Shown here: positions 10,108 through 23,991 of the stretch, one piece after another | Position numbering within the stretch: position 1 is the stretch's first letter | How the letters are laid out: each line of letters begins with the position of its first letter | DNA from: Azolla caroliniana | Taxonomy: Eukaryota > Plantae > Polypodiophyta | NCBI GenBank assembly: GCA_043228905.1 | Contig: JBHGNT010000002.1 | Coordinates: forward strand, 7,936,001 to 8,000,000 | Direction: 5' to 3' | Length of the DNA: 64,000 bases | The notes under the pieces: model-generated | The model's database searches: none | Told to the model about the DNA's origin: nothing | Seen by the model: only the letters and a program-made list of their open reading frames with translations | Program-made: the position numbers and the translations under genes

Positions 10108-11928
10108 TTATATTATTTTTACTTTTTCACGTAGTGTACGAAATACACTACGACACTCGCCCCCTCCGAACCCGCACATCCTCCGGTATGTGCCGAAGTT
10201 GCCGATGCTCGTTGTCTCCCCTTCATCCTCCGTTTGTCCCGCTATGTCAACTTTGTCTCTCCATTTTGAGTAGACCCATTCTTTCCACCCGAACCATTGT
10301 CGCCATCCGATCCACCATATTCTTTGTTCTCTCTCGTCATATTCTTGGCCCTTGTCATTCGTGGTAGTGTCTTTTACTAGCCTCTTTCTTGTCTTCATCA
10401 ACCTTGACTTTTTTCCGGATCGCTCTCGTCCGATCAACTTTCGGTTTGATCGGCTTCCGATCGGATTCGTATTCGGCCGAATCGGAATCGGTTGTTCGGT
10501 TTTGATTGAGTCGGTCTCCTTCCGGCCCGGTTTCGATCTATCGGTTTCGGTTTCGGTTGGCTTTCTTTTCCTCGTTTTCACCAGCCTCGACCGGTCCAAC
10601 CTCCGGTTGAGTCGGATTAGCTTCTTTCCGGATCGGTCTCGTCCGATCGGCTTTCGGCTAGGTCGGCTTCCATCCATATTCGCGTTCGCCCAAGTCAGAC
10701 TCAGTCGACCGGTTTTGACCGAGTCGACCCCTTTTCGGGTCGGCTTTCTTTTGGGTCGTCTTTCGGCCGAATCCTCATTCGCCCGGTTCGGCTTTCGTTT
10801 GTGTCGACTTTCGGTTGAATCCTCATTCGCCCGGTTCGGCTTTCTTTCGGGTCGTCTTTCAGTCGAATCCTCTTTCACCCGGTTCGGCTTTCTTTCGGTT
10901 CGTCTTTTGGCCGAATCGTCTTTTACCCGGTTCGGCTTTCTTTCGGATCGGAATCCCGTCCGGATCACCTTCCATCCGAACCGGCTTCCGACTTTACCTT
11001 TCTTGCCGCCACCTCCTGTCTCTCCGATCTCACGTTGGTTCTCGAATACAACCGCCGAAGTCTCTAGAATTAGTGGACAGGAATCCACGGTATTATCGTC
11101 CTCCGTTGTTTCACCCATAGCCATGTTCTCCTTGGCTATCTCTCCTTCGTATGCATCGGCTTCGACCTTCGTTTCGTTGCCGCCACTTTCCTTATCTTCG
11201 GTGTTATGTCGACACCCGGGCTCCAGTACCGAAGTCTCCGAAACAATGGTGAAGGAATCCCTTCGTTCGTGCTCATTTACTTTGTCTTCCTCGTTGCCCT
11301 TCCGGTCCTCCACTTTTCCACCGACACATTCCGTCTCTCCGGTCTCACGTTGGTGCACGGGCACAGCCGCCGAAGTCTCTGGAACCGGTGTGGGGATACC
11401 CTTTCGTCCTCGATCTTCCTCCTCCTCGTCCTTTGTTGGCCTCGACTTTGGTTCGGTTTTAAGCTCCCCTTCAATGTCGACTTGCGACTTTTCATGCATC
11501 TCCGAACCCTTCTGCATCAAGCTCTCCTTCGGTGGTAGTCGGTGGCCGCTTTTCACCCACTGTTGACCGCCGTTCGTGGACCATGTCCTCGTCCGCTTCG
11601 GTCTTAGATAGTCATATGCGTCTCGTATAGCTTCTTCAAAGGACTCCCACGTCGGGCTTTGTTGTTGTATCTCGTGGATTCTCTCTTGAAGCTCATCCGT
11701 AGCCACCCGGTTGAAAGATAACACTTGCAATCTTTCTGAGATACCATATCGCAACATCTCCGTTTTGTAGTCACGTAGATAGCGTGACACGTCCTTTCCA
11801 TTGAATTGCCTGTTCTGTTGCACGAGCCGTTGTACTACTGTCGTGATCTCCGACATCTCGCGTTGTTCTTGTAGCATTCTCTCGAACATCATCATCATCA
11901 TGTTCATCGCCTCTTGTTGATTCTCCAT
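10108..11928 (-). CDS. Gag-like ORF (606 aa from ATG 11928) with acidic and Arg/Lys-rich repeat tail; reads into the 3' LTR
   Basis: Uninterrupted ORF. N-terminal FNGKDVSRYLRDYK..M...TWESFEEAIRDAY resembles gypsy gag capsid. No CCHC zinc knuckle is visible. Confidence 0.7.
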   Translation of the reverse strand: MENQQEAMNMMMMMFERMLQEQREMSEITTVVQRLVQQNRQFNGKDVSRYLRDYKTEMLRYGISERLQVLSFNRVATDELQERIHEIQQQSPTWESFEEAIRDAYDYLRPKRTRTWSTNGGQQWVKSGHRLPPKESLMQKGSEMHEKSQVDIEGELKTEPKSRPTKDEEEEDRGRKGIPTPVPETSAAVPVHQRETGETECVGGKVEDRKGNEEDKVNEHERRDSFTIVSETSVLEPGCRHNTEDKESGGNETKVEADAYEGEIAKENMAMGETTEDDNTVDSCPLILETSAVVFENQREIGETGGGGKKGKVGSRFGWKVIRTGFRSERKPNRVKDDSAKRRTERKPNRVKEDSTERRPERKPNRANEDSTESRHKRKPNRANEDSAERRPKRKPTRKGVDSVKTGRLSLTWANANMDGSRPSRKPIGRDRSGKKLIRLNRRLDRSRLVKTRKRKPTETETDRSKPGRKETDSIKTEQPIPIRPNTNPIGSRSNRKLIGRERSGKKSRLMKTRKRLVKDTTTNDKGQEYDEREQRIWWIGWRQWFGWKEWVYSKWRDKVDIAGQTEDEGETTSIGNFGTYRRMCGFGGGECRSVFRTLREKVKII

Positions 11929-11944
11929 CTCCTTGCCACCCGCC

Positions 11945-11962
11945 TTCACGTCGGGTTCACCA
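11945..11962 (-). promoter_or_regulatory. Primer binding site complementary to tRNA-Trp(CCA) 3' end
   Basis: + strand TTCACGTCGGGTTCACCA matches the recalled 3' end of plant cytosolic tRNA-Trp (...TTCACGTCGGGTTCA-CCA). It lies 4 nt from the 5' LTR. Confidence 0.8.
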
Positions 11963-12670
11963 ACTGTGTCGAGCCCTTCGGCTCCGGATCGTTGCGTGAG
12001 TCGGGTGGGAACCGCCGAGGTTTTGGACTAGGAGGAAGAGGAATACAACTTAAGGCTAGTTATGAATAATAGGAAGAGAAGTAAGATAGTAATCTCGTGA
12101 ATCCCACGAGTTTAGTGTATTTTAAAACAATATTTAGATTATAAGAGTAATTTTGATGGCAAAATTCGTGAATCCCACGAATATATTAGATTGATCAATT
12201 CTTCTATATTAATCAACAACCTTATACATATTTCTCTCATCCTTATATAAAGATGGAAGAGGCTAAGCATGGCTTCATGCTTTTTCACCTAAAGTGTCCA
12301 TGCACACTAAATGTGCATGTGATGCTTTGTCATTTCCTAAATATAGGGCTCATGCACGCTAGATGTGCACGAGTCACTTTTAATGTCACGTGTAAATAAA
12401 ATATTCACTCTAAAGAATACATGATTTTTACCTTTTAATAAAGGTATGTGTAAATAAAGGTCTTATATGTATTAAATCTATATTTATAACACTAAAGATA
12501 AGGTATTATAATGGTAAAGTTGGGGTTTATTTATGTGGAGGTGCATGGTTTGAATCTTGCCCTATGCACGTGATAAATTCTTTTGATATATTATTTATTT
12601 ATTTATATGTATCTAAAATCGGATATATTATTTTATGGTTTTCACGTAGTGTGTGAAATACACTACGACA

Positions 12671-12985
12671 CCGGAAGTCAATCGTTTTTCAGCTTTATAG
12701 TCAACCCAGTTGGCATCGGTGTACCCTTTGAGTCGAATTGGTGCCAGAATCTACATCTAGCTTTAGGTTTAAATCGAGAGGGGTAGCGATGGGCTTCCAC
12801 TCTATCATCCCAAATTTGAAGAGTAGATGGAAGTCATTGGGAGATCATGATGTTGTCTAGATTCCGAATTACTTCTATACCTAGGAAGTAATGGAGCTCC
12901 TCCATGTCCTTCATTTTGAATTGGCCGGAGAGGAGCTTCTTGATATGGTCAATATTTGCTATGTGCTCTCCTCCAATGACCAAAC
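12671..12985 (-). mobile_element. Continuation of the copia family A fragment (partial RT/RNase H with an internal deletion)
   Basis: LVIGGEHIANIDHIKKLLSGQFKMKDMEELHYFLGIEVI... then jumps to IRLKGYTDANW. Confidence 0.8.
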
Positions 12986-14692
<1,707 letters not shown>

Positions 14693-17600
14693 GTTCTCTT
14701 GCAGATACATGCCAGAGTAGAACGGTGTGGCCAAGCAGAAGAATCGGACGACATAGGAAGTGGCATGGGGAGTGCTTGAGGAGAAGCATATGCTGAAGTT
14801 CTACTGGGCCAAAGTGGTCAAAACAACCGTATACCTTCATAACTAGACATCTACAGTTGGAGGAAAAGTGTCGCCACACAAGGTGTACCTCAGAAAGAAA
14901 CCAAACGTAGCACACTTGAGGGTGTTTGGCAGCATAACATATGTGCATGTGCCAAAGGAGAAGTAGAGGGAGTTAGACGCCAAAGGCGAAAAGTGTATCT
15001 TGGTTGACTACTCGGATCAGCAAAAGGGTTATAAGTGTCATAACCCCTGAACCAAACAAGTTTGAGTCAGTTGCGATGTCGTGTTCGACAAATCGGCTTC
15101 ATGGTACTTGCCTCCATCTCCAGCCCCCATCAACTCTATTCCACATTCTGGGGATGAGGCTAGTGAGGCAAACTCTCTAAACAAGGAAGACATCGGAACT
15201 CTAGAAGAGACTCTGATCTCATTCCGGCTAAGTGGGCCGAATGAGGGACTGAGTCGGAACGGCCAGCCGGATGATGAGTTGGTGAGTAGTGAAGACTCAA
15301 TTGTACAGTCCCCATGCCAGAAGTCGAGGAGACGGTTTACGCACAAAGAGAAGGGGAAGATGAAGATGCTGGAGTACGGCACAAAGCCAGGTGCATCGGA
15401 TCGGAGTGAATTCGACACGGCCAGGAGCGAAGATGGACCTCCGGAGAAGAGGTCGGAGTCCGCCAAGAGGGCCATAAAATTGGCAAACTAGAAGTTGCGT
15501 TGATCCACCTGCCAAAAAAACCCCGTAATCCGGTATGGATACAATGACTATATGGCGCATCATTGTGCGTACATGGCGAAGGTGGCGGATGTGTGTGAGC
15601 TGGAGAGCTACGCAGAAGCGGTGAAGGATGCGAATTGGCATGTCGCAATGGAGGAAGAGATGTGTGCCCTGAAAGGAAACAAGACATGGGACCTGGTTGA
15701 CGCCCCTAGTTGTGTGAACCCGATCGGGTGCATTAAGTACAATGTTGACGGCTCCATCAACTGATACAAGGCCCGATTGGTGGCCAAGGGTTACACGCAG
15801 CAACACGACATCAATTACGATGAGATGTTTACGTCGGTCGCAAAGATGACGACCGTTTGTGTCTTGTTAGTGGTCGTTGCGGCAAAGGGGTGGCATCTAC
15901 ATCAGATGGATATAAAGAATGTGTTCCTGGAAGGAAAACTTCAGGAATAGGTGTACATGGTACAACCCCACGGATTTCTATCTAAATTGCACACATCGGT
16001 AGTTTTCCGACTAAACAAGTCCCTCTACAGACTTAAGCAAGCCCTGCATGCCTGGAACACGAAGATCACGCAAAGGTTACATAGGATGGGATTTGCTCCG
16101 TCGAAATCAAACTGTTCATTGTTCATTCAACAGAGTTGGACCAAACCGATAAGCATTTTGCTATATGTTGATGATTTAGTCATCGTCAGTGCCGACCTAG
16201 AAGAAATCGGTCATGTCAAGTCTCAACTAACAGCATCATTTGAGATGAAGGACCTAGGGGACCTTCATTACTTCCTCGGGATCGAAGTGATCTATACCCC
16301 TAAAGGCATACTAATCAGCCAATGCCATTATGTGTTGAGTATGCTCTTCAAGTTCAGAATGACAGACTGCAAATTCGTCTTAACTCCTCTCAATAGAAAC
16401 GTGAAGCTTTGCCAAGGTTCGGGAATAGTGTGTGACCTGACACGATTCCGACAGATTGTCAAAAGCCTTATCTACTTAACCATCAGTCGTCCGGACCTCA
16501 ACTATCTGGTCGGTTTGATCAGTCAGTTTATGTCACAACCAAAGACAGAACACCATCAGTGCGCGTAAAGGATCTTATGGTATGTGAGAGGCACGAAGGA
16601 CAGGGTGTTGTTGTATGGGACTGGTGTAGCCGAACAGCTTGTCGGCTACACAGATGCCGATTGGGTCGAAAATGCAAGCGATCACAGGTCAACATCTAGT
16701 TTTGCATTCTCGTTGGGAAGCGTCATGATTGCATGAAGCAGCAAGAAACAATCGATAGTAGCAATGTCGAGTACTGAAGCCGAGTACCAAGGAGCGGTTT
16801 TCGCTATATGCGAAGCCATATGGCTCAAGAGGCTCTTGAAGGATCTGCATGTGGAGGTGTCTGAGCCGACAATCATATACTGTGATAACCTCAGCAACAT
16901 CCAACTAGCAAAGAACCCTATTTTCCACGACCAGATGAAGCACATTGAGGTGCTTGGTGCACTATCATTTTTTCTGCGAGTTAGTCCTCTCCCGTGAAGT
17001 GGAACTTGTCTACATTCCAACGAATCGGCAGGTTGTTGATATCTTCACCAAACCTCTCGGCTTGGACAAATTACAACATTTTTCGAGTAAAGCTTGGCTT
17101 GCAGCATCTCGACATGCTGAACTTCAGGGGGAGAAGCGAGAGCGAGAAGGAGAGAGATGAAGTCCAGAAAATTGAATCGGATGTGGAATTCGATTTTGGG
17201 ACAGTTAAAGAAGCTGAGGACAAATGTTGGGGGAGCAACCGAAAGAGTGAGTCTAAGTCGGAGCCAACCGAACAAGGGGGAGGTAGTGTTGAGAAAGGCA
17301 AGGTAGGCGGAAAATCCAACAAAGGCAAAGCCAACCTGAAGATAAAGGATAGGACCAAGACATGGTAGGATGTGGTCCAGGTCCTGAAGGAGAACGAATT
17401 GGAGATAGTCATTTCGGTTGAGGAGGGTGATTCAGACGAACCAAATCGCATGAAGGCCAAGCAGACAAGGAGGCGGGTGAAGCTAACTCCAACACGGAGG
17501 AACCGATGGATCGAGGGGCGCCAATGTCACAGTAGCGAGGATGTTGAGAAGGGCTTGAAGCGCAAACATACTGACTGTGAGGGTTGAGGAGCGTAGAACC

Positions 17601-18332
17601 GGAGGGGTCGAGGAGCGTAGAACCGGAGGGGTCAAGGAGCATAGAACCGGAGGGGTCAAGGAGCATTGGACCAGAGGGGTTGTAGAATGCAAGACCAGAC
17701 CAACTGAGGAACGCGAGCTAGGTGCAAGGACGCCAGGAGGAGTTGGAGGCAAGAACCGGCGAATGCTGACATGACGGACCGACCTCAAATTGAGCTTGAG
17801 GGGGAGTGTTGAGCAAGCAAGCTCAACATGGGCCGGACCGCTGAACAACCTGGTAGGTCAAATCGGAACCGATCCGGTTGACTAGGCCGAGATTCCGAAC
17901 CAGATGCCGGATCGGACGAAGAAGTCGGATACCAGATCAAGATGACGGAACGAATATTGAATCCAGATGACGGATCCAGACCGGATGATGGAGCGGCTGG
18001 GGAAGCCAATCTGGAACATCACACATGCTAATTAGATCTATTCTAGTAAATGGGTCTAATATTGGTAGTTAGTGTTAGAGGCTCTTCCTAAGCATTGAAG
18101 TATTGGTCGGTACTTCTGTCAATCCTGTTTAGGACTTGTATAAATAGTGCTCACTAAGCACATTGTATGTACTGAGAATTGAGTCTTTTGATAATAGAAT
18201 TTTTGTTTGTCTGCTCACTTAGTCTCTCTCTCATTGTGTATCCATTCTCTATGTTTACCTAGCTGTCGTGTTTCCGGATAACCGACTGCACTCTGTGTCT
18301 TACGCATATGCTTTCGCACGTATCTTTTTACA
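14693..18332 (+). mobile_element. Copia family B 5'-truncated element (integrase C-half, RT, RNase H, extension, LTR 17807-18332)
   Basis: NGVA..NR, HLRVFG, TWDLV, YKARLVAKGY, LHQMDIKN, LLYVDDL, YTDADW. PPT 17795-17806. Multiple stops. Confidence 0.9.
17581..17680 (+). repeat. 24-bp tandem repeat x4 (GAGGAGCGTAGAACCGGAGGGGTC)
   Basis: Direct observation. Unit length is a multiple of 3. Confidence 0.85.
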
Positions 18333-18465
18333 CATCTAGTGAAATCAGAGACATCTATGGAGTAATAGAGAGGTGAGAAAGAGAAAATTGGGTTTCAAAC
18401 CCAATATGTAGTATTAGTAGTGTAAACAACTTACCATTAGTGTAAGCTAATTATGATAGTAATAA

Positions 18466-21400
18466 TAAAAAGAAAGAAAGAGAGTGACAGAAACTGAAAA
18501 GTTATATTATATTAAAATGCCCTATTACAACATTAGGCCTAGATGCCTATTTATAAACTACTTGAAGGTAGTTAGAGCCTTTCTTGGTGAATGTCACTAA
18601 GAAAGGTGGTTATAATATTTAATATTAGTATTATTATTTAACTTATATTCTAACACACATCCCTAAGTAAGATAATATTAACTAAGTAGCTTTTAATCCT
18701 AGTTTATTACAACTTTCATAGTGTTTGGACTTTTGAGTAGACTTCATTAAGAAGTCTGCCCATTGTTGCTCAGTGCAACAAGGAGTTATCTTAATATTGC
18801 CTTCATGTAGTAGTTCCCTAGTAAATTGTAGCTTCATGGCAATGTGCTTTGTTAGCTATGAATGTTTGAGGTTCTTTGCAAGCATAATGGCTGCCATGTT
18901 ATCACATCAAAGGAGAAGAGGATGATCCGGGAAGAGAGTTGTTTCCTTCAAGAATTCCTTTAGCTAAATTCTTTCTTTTAGTGCCAAAGTCATCGCTACA
19001 TATTCTGCTTCAATTGATGAGAGTGTAACTCTTTGTTGCCTTTTGCTTTTCCATGAAATGGCACCATTCGATAGGAGGTCGTCGTATCCTGATGTCGATT
19101 GTAATGTGTCTTCATCACCCCCTGAATCGGCATCGAAGGAGCAAGCTAAGTATGTTGCGGTTAATGGTTGACATGCTGAATAGGTGATGATGAAGTCCTT
19201 AGTTTCTTGAAGGTAACTTAATAGGCACTTCAAGTGTTGGGTGTGGACTGGACTTGGTGCCTGCATGTTGTGAGATAAGAAATTAGTTGCAAAGCATATG
19301 TCAGGTCTTGTGCATGTAATGAGGTATCTAATTCCACCAAGGATGTTGGCATATGGAAGTGCCACCATATTCGATCTTTAAGTCATTGTTGAGAATGAGG
19401 TTGGTTTTTTAAGTGAGTTCAGTAGGGGAGTTTACACACCTTTACATGTGGACATGTTGTACTTTTTAAGGAGTGACTCAATGTAGGATTTTGGTTTATC
19501 TGATTAAGGCCTTGGGAGGGATCTTGTATAACTTGGATACGTAGACAATCGTGGAATGCTCCAATATCTTGCATCAAGAATGATGCATGGAGTTCACTCT
19601 TGGATTTGGATAGTATGTTTTCAGAGTTTGTTAGAATTAGGATGTCATAGACATAAATGGCTAGGAGGAGTATTATATTGGGGCCATTTCGGCTATATAC
19701 ATCGAATTGAAAGCAGATATATCCTAGGTTTGACATACACGTGTTAAACCATTCGTACCATTGACGTGGGGATTATTTTAGACCATATAGGGATTTGATT
19801 AATTTATAGACATAGTTGGGGTAATCTTTAGAAATGTAACCGGGTAGTTGCTCCATATATATCTCTTCATGTAAGTTTCTATGTAGAAAGGCAGTCCAAA
19901 CATCCACTTGATGGACGAGGAGGTGAAGTTGCGTGGCAATGGCAAGTAATGCTCGGAACGAGGTCATCCAAAGGACGGGAGAGAAGGTCTCGTTGTAGTC
20001 CATGCCGGGTACTTGTGAAAATCCTTGTGCCACAAGTGGAGCTTTGTAACGCGAGATCATGCCATCATCATGAAACTTCTTCCGGAGTAGCCAATTGCAA
20101 GATACCAATTTTCGGTCTGTCAGTTGTGGTACTAGTTGCCATGTACCATTCTCCATGAGAGATTGGTACTCCGGGTTCATGGCTTCACACCATGAAGTGG
20201 ATTCGATTCTCGAGAGTGGTTCTTATATATTAAAATCATCAAAAGATTCAAGGTTTAACAATTGAAGGTCATGATCGGAGGACGTATTTTGAATCATTTG
20301 TTGGTAGAATATATCTAAGGGATCAAATGTAGTGGAGTCTCATGATAGATGGATAGGGTTTTCTAGTATACTAGAGGCGATGTTCGTTTTTTCATAGATC
20401 TCCTTCAAAGATCAGACTTTGGAAGCTTTGGGAGGATGAGATTTAGGGATTGGTACTAGTAGAGATGGTTGATGGATAGATTCTACCGGTATAATGGCAG
20501 GTAGTGGTCTACTAGAGGTACGTTGTTTGGTTGTAGTGGTATTTTTAGATGAGTTACAGTATCTTTAAACTGTGGTGGGGTGGGATTCATTAGGAGATGG
20601 TGAATTTGTAGAATTAGGGAATAGGAGCGATTTGGTTTTCTATCCAAGGGACCATGGAGGGGCTTTAGGTGGTGTAGAGGTGGGGTTATGTGACGGTGGT
20701 GGTGTTGTGGTTATTGTCGGGACAATTGGAGTGGAAGTATGTGGTAAGGGTGGGGTGAATTGTGAGGATTCTTCCCATTCAACTTGATGGTGTATTTTTG
20801 GAGTAGAGAATGGAATAGTTGGTGTGGTGGATGATGGGGTTAATAATGTTATGGGGTTGCGTCTTTCTTCTTTGGAACTAATGAGAGAGATTTCATCGAA
20901 GTAGACCGAGTGTGCGAGGTGAAATCTTCGTTGCACCAGATCGAACAATCTATACGCTTTGGTGCCAAACCGATCATCATAGCCAACAAAGATCATCCAC
21001 ATGCTTGTTGGGTCCAACTTCTTTCTCAGATCCAACGCTTTTACCGGGTACACTACACATCGAAAGATTCGAAGATGTTGAACATTAGGTGGCTTACCAA
21101 CCCAATGAAAATATGGTATGGTTTTGGGGTCGGCGGCATGCGGAACTCGATTTTGAATATAACATGTTGTCGCGACCACCTGCCAAGATTCGAACTCTTG
21201 ACATAACCATGTTATAATCGAGTGTTATGTGTTAACCACACATCTAGCATATAATCATGTATATGCTTCCTCATTGTAGGTTTTAGCTAGCATCATGTGC
21301 ATAATTTCTCCCTTGTATTATTAATACTTGGCACATGCATGCGTACCTACTGCCTACATACTCTATTGTATCACATGTGTGCAACAAGTATGCATGCCAC

Positions 21401-23943
21401 TTAGTATAAATAGTTGAGTTCACCTTGAAGGAATTCAAGGTGAACAACGCCAGTCATGGACTTCCTATTCCACATTCATAGCCTTATTGATCATAGCCTC
21501 ATCATCCATGCTTTGTCTTAGTCCGCGCTTGGTGTGTTCATGACACCACCTCTTCCCAATAGCTTTTTGGTAGTCCCGTCGTAAGAAGCATGGCTCTAGT
21601 GGCACCAATGACAGTATGGTTCTTCCATTCAGACACCCCGTTTTGTTGAGGTGTGTATGGAACTGTGAATCGTTGTCGGATGCCTTCGTTTTTACAAAAG
21701 ACCTCAAATGCACGTGAGCCATAATTCTCTACCATTGTCGGACCGAAGTGCTAGAATTGGGAGCTCATGTTGTCGGATCACGAAGTTGCAATACTCTTTG
21801 AAGTATGTGAGTACTTTAGACTTTTTCTTGAGGAAGTACACAGTTGTATACCTGCTAAAATCATCAATGAAGGTGAGAAAGTAATAGGAGTGCGTGAGTG
21901 AGATCATTTTCATGGGTCCACAAAGGTCACTATGTACTAGTTGGTTCAATTGTGTGGATTTGTTGAGTAATGTTTGGTGACTTTTGTGGCTAGCTTTTCC
22001 TAGAATGCAACCTTCATACAATTCTATTGGGTTTAGATAGGATGGTTGGGTTTAGATAGGATGGTCAACCGGCACAAAGCTTATCTTTTACCATGCGATG
22101 TAGTGTGACACTATTTATATGACCGAACTTGTAGTGCCAAATAAGGATGGACATGGCCTTCGCCATGTGAGGAGAATGGATGGAGGTGTGACCAATTACA
22201 AAGTGAGGATTAGACATAAATATAGCCATCGGATACAAACGGTCATTTTGAGGTAGTTTTATAATTTCAAATTCTCCATTAGGGGGTTTGAAGTGAATAA
22301 TACACGAGTCATGGAAGAACTCAATGGAAGATGCAATCGAGGTAGCTAATGTAACCAAAAGTATATTCCGGCTAAGACTCGGGATGTGATGCACATTGTA
22401 GATGTTGACATTTTCTCCACTTGGTAGGGTGACCTGGAGATTCCCGACACCGATGGCTGTGAGGAATTGGTTGTTCCCGGTAGACACGCATGGTACTTGA
22501 GAGGTGTTTGTAGTCGCGGAGCCAATGCTTTTGTGGAATCATGTGGTGAGTTGCACCAGTCTCAAGTAGCCATTCGAATATATCTGTGGTGTGGGAAAGG
22601 CAGTTGGAACTATTTAGTAATATTGTAAATAGTTGTAATGTTTCCATACCATATTGGCCAACTTTGGGCACAGTTAGTTGTTGGAGGTGTGCTCTAAGAA
22701 GTTGTCCATGTAGTTGTTGACGTTGTTGTTGTGGCTAGTTCAGTTGCTCGCGGCGCTTGGTGTGGCACTCACATTCAAGACGTTCATGGTGTCCGCAATA
22801 TGTACAAACTTTTGTCAAAGTGATGACATATCGCATGTTGTTGTTGTTCCTCCAGTAGGGTGGTCCCCTTTTAAAGTTAGGTTTTCATTGCATATATTGT
22901 GTCGACAATGTTGAAAATGTTGCACTTGAGTGATGAGTGTCATTTCGCATGTTCTCTTATTGGCGGATGAATGCCATAAGAGATTCAACCATGAGGCCTA
23001 TCGTTGATGCTTGAGTGGTTATAAATGGTCGCCAGGAGAAGGGCAATGCCGCTAAGAGTAACATTGCTTGGAGATTTGAATCCAATTGCAGTTCCAAGAG
23101 GAGGGCATTGTAAAATAGGGTACACCATTCATCAAGAAATTTGGTGATTTCATGGTTTCCTGTGACAGAAGTAATGAAAAGCTTTTTTAGCGATGCGACT
23201 TGAGTGATCAAATCTTCATGATGATAAGTGCTTCAGAGTAAGTTCCAAATTTCTGCCGAGGTATTGCAACGTCGAACCATTTGCAGTTGTGGGTCTCCAA
23301 GGTGGAACATGAGTTTTGCTTGGGCTTGGAGATCTTTTGCCATCCACTCAATGTTATTGGTTGTGGTAGGTTGGATTGTGCCACTTACCACGTTCCACAA
23401 GTCTGCTCATTTGAGCATCAGGTCATCCGTGTGGCTCATGTAAGGTAGTTGGGGCCTATGAGTTTGTCAAGATTGTAACTTCTCGTAGTGGTTGGGGAGA
23501 GCGGAGTAGTGCCTTGCACGGAGATTGAAGAAACGAGTACCGGGATTGATGGATTGAGTGTCGATGTGAACGAACTGAGTGTCAGGGTAGATGGACCGGG
23601 TGTAGAAGTAGGTGTGTCGTGTGTGTGTTGTGCCATAGTTGTCCAAATCTAACTAGTGGCAAGAGCACCAACTATGAAGGAGGAGGAAAGGAAACATGAA
23701 GGTGGTGGGAGAGAGCCTAACGCTCTAATACCGTGTGAAGAAGAGAAGAGAGTGAGAGTGAGAGTGAGGGAAACTGAAAAGTTATATTATATTAAAACGC
23801 CCTGTTACAACATTAGGCCTAGAGGTCTATTTATAACTTTACTTGAAGGTAGTTAGAACTTAGAGTCCTTCTTGGTGAATGTCACCAAGAAAGGTGGTTA
23901 TAATATTTAATATTAGTATTATTATTTAACTTATATTCTAACA
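18466..23943 (-). mobile_element. Full-length decayed Ty1/copia (family C) with ~200-bp LTRs (23734-23943, ~18466-18655)
   Basis: Paired LTRs and degenerate Met-i PBS (CGGTATTAGAGC). Domains in copia order: gag, WLLETGATHH protease, GAG-pre-integrase WHYKFGH, LVHSDLCGP, PQQNGVSE, RT (HQVDVWTAFL, IYVYDIL) and RNase H (ISWKSKRQ). Possible TSD AATAA/AAAAA. Confidence 0.85.
21181..21545. mobile_element. Solo LTR nested in the copia C integrase
   Basis: TG...CA ends with perfect 5-bp TSD CCACC (21176-21180, 21546-21550). Removal restores YWEEVVATTC. Confidence 0.85.
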
Positions 23944-23991
23944 AAAAAGATGTTTGGTGAGGACATAAAATCAAATGGTGGAAATCAAACA

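Larger units (their letters stand above)
9440..12670 (-). mobile_element. Non-autonomous GAG-only LTR retrotransposon (gypsy-type gag); LTRs 11967-12670 (5') and 9440-10155 (3'); tRNA-Trp PBS; 4-bp TSD CCGG
   Basis: Both LTRs have TGTCG...CGACA termini. TSD CCGG at 9436-9439 and 12671-12674; removing the element restores the copia frame LTSGFIFS. PBS 11945-11962, PPT 10156-10167. No PR, RT or IN is present. Confidence 0.9.

Noticed and set aside
10705-10945. CRISPR-like array (also 17581-17680, 55651-55830)
   Set aside because: Head-to-tail tandem repeats without unique spacers, in eukaryotic retroelements, with no cas genes.
10352-11566. 404-aa antisense ORF opposite the gag-like ORF
   Set aside because: Non-ATG start and S/F/R-rich low complexity. 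It is the expected shadow of a purine-rich repetitive sense ORF.
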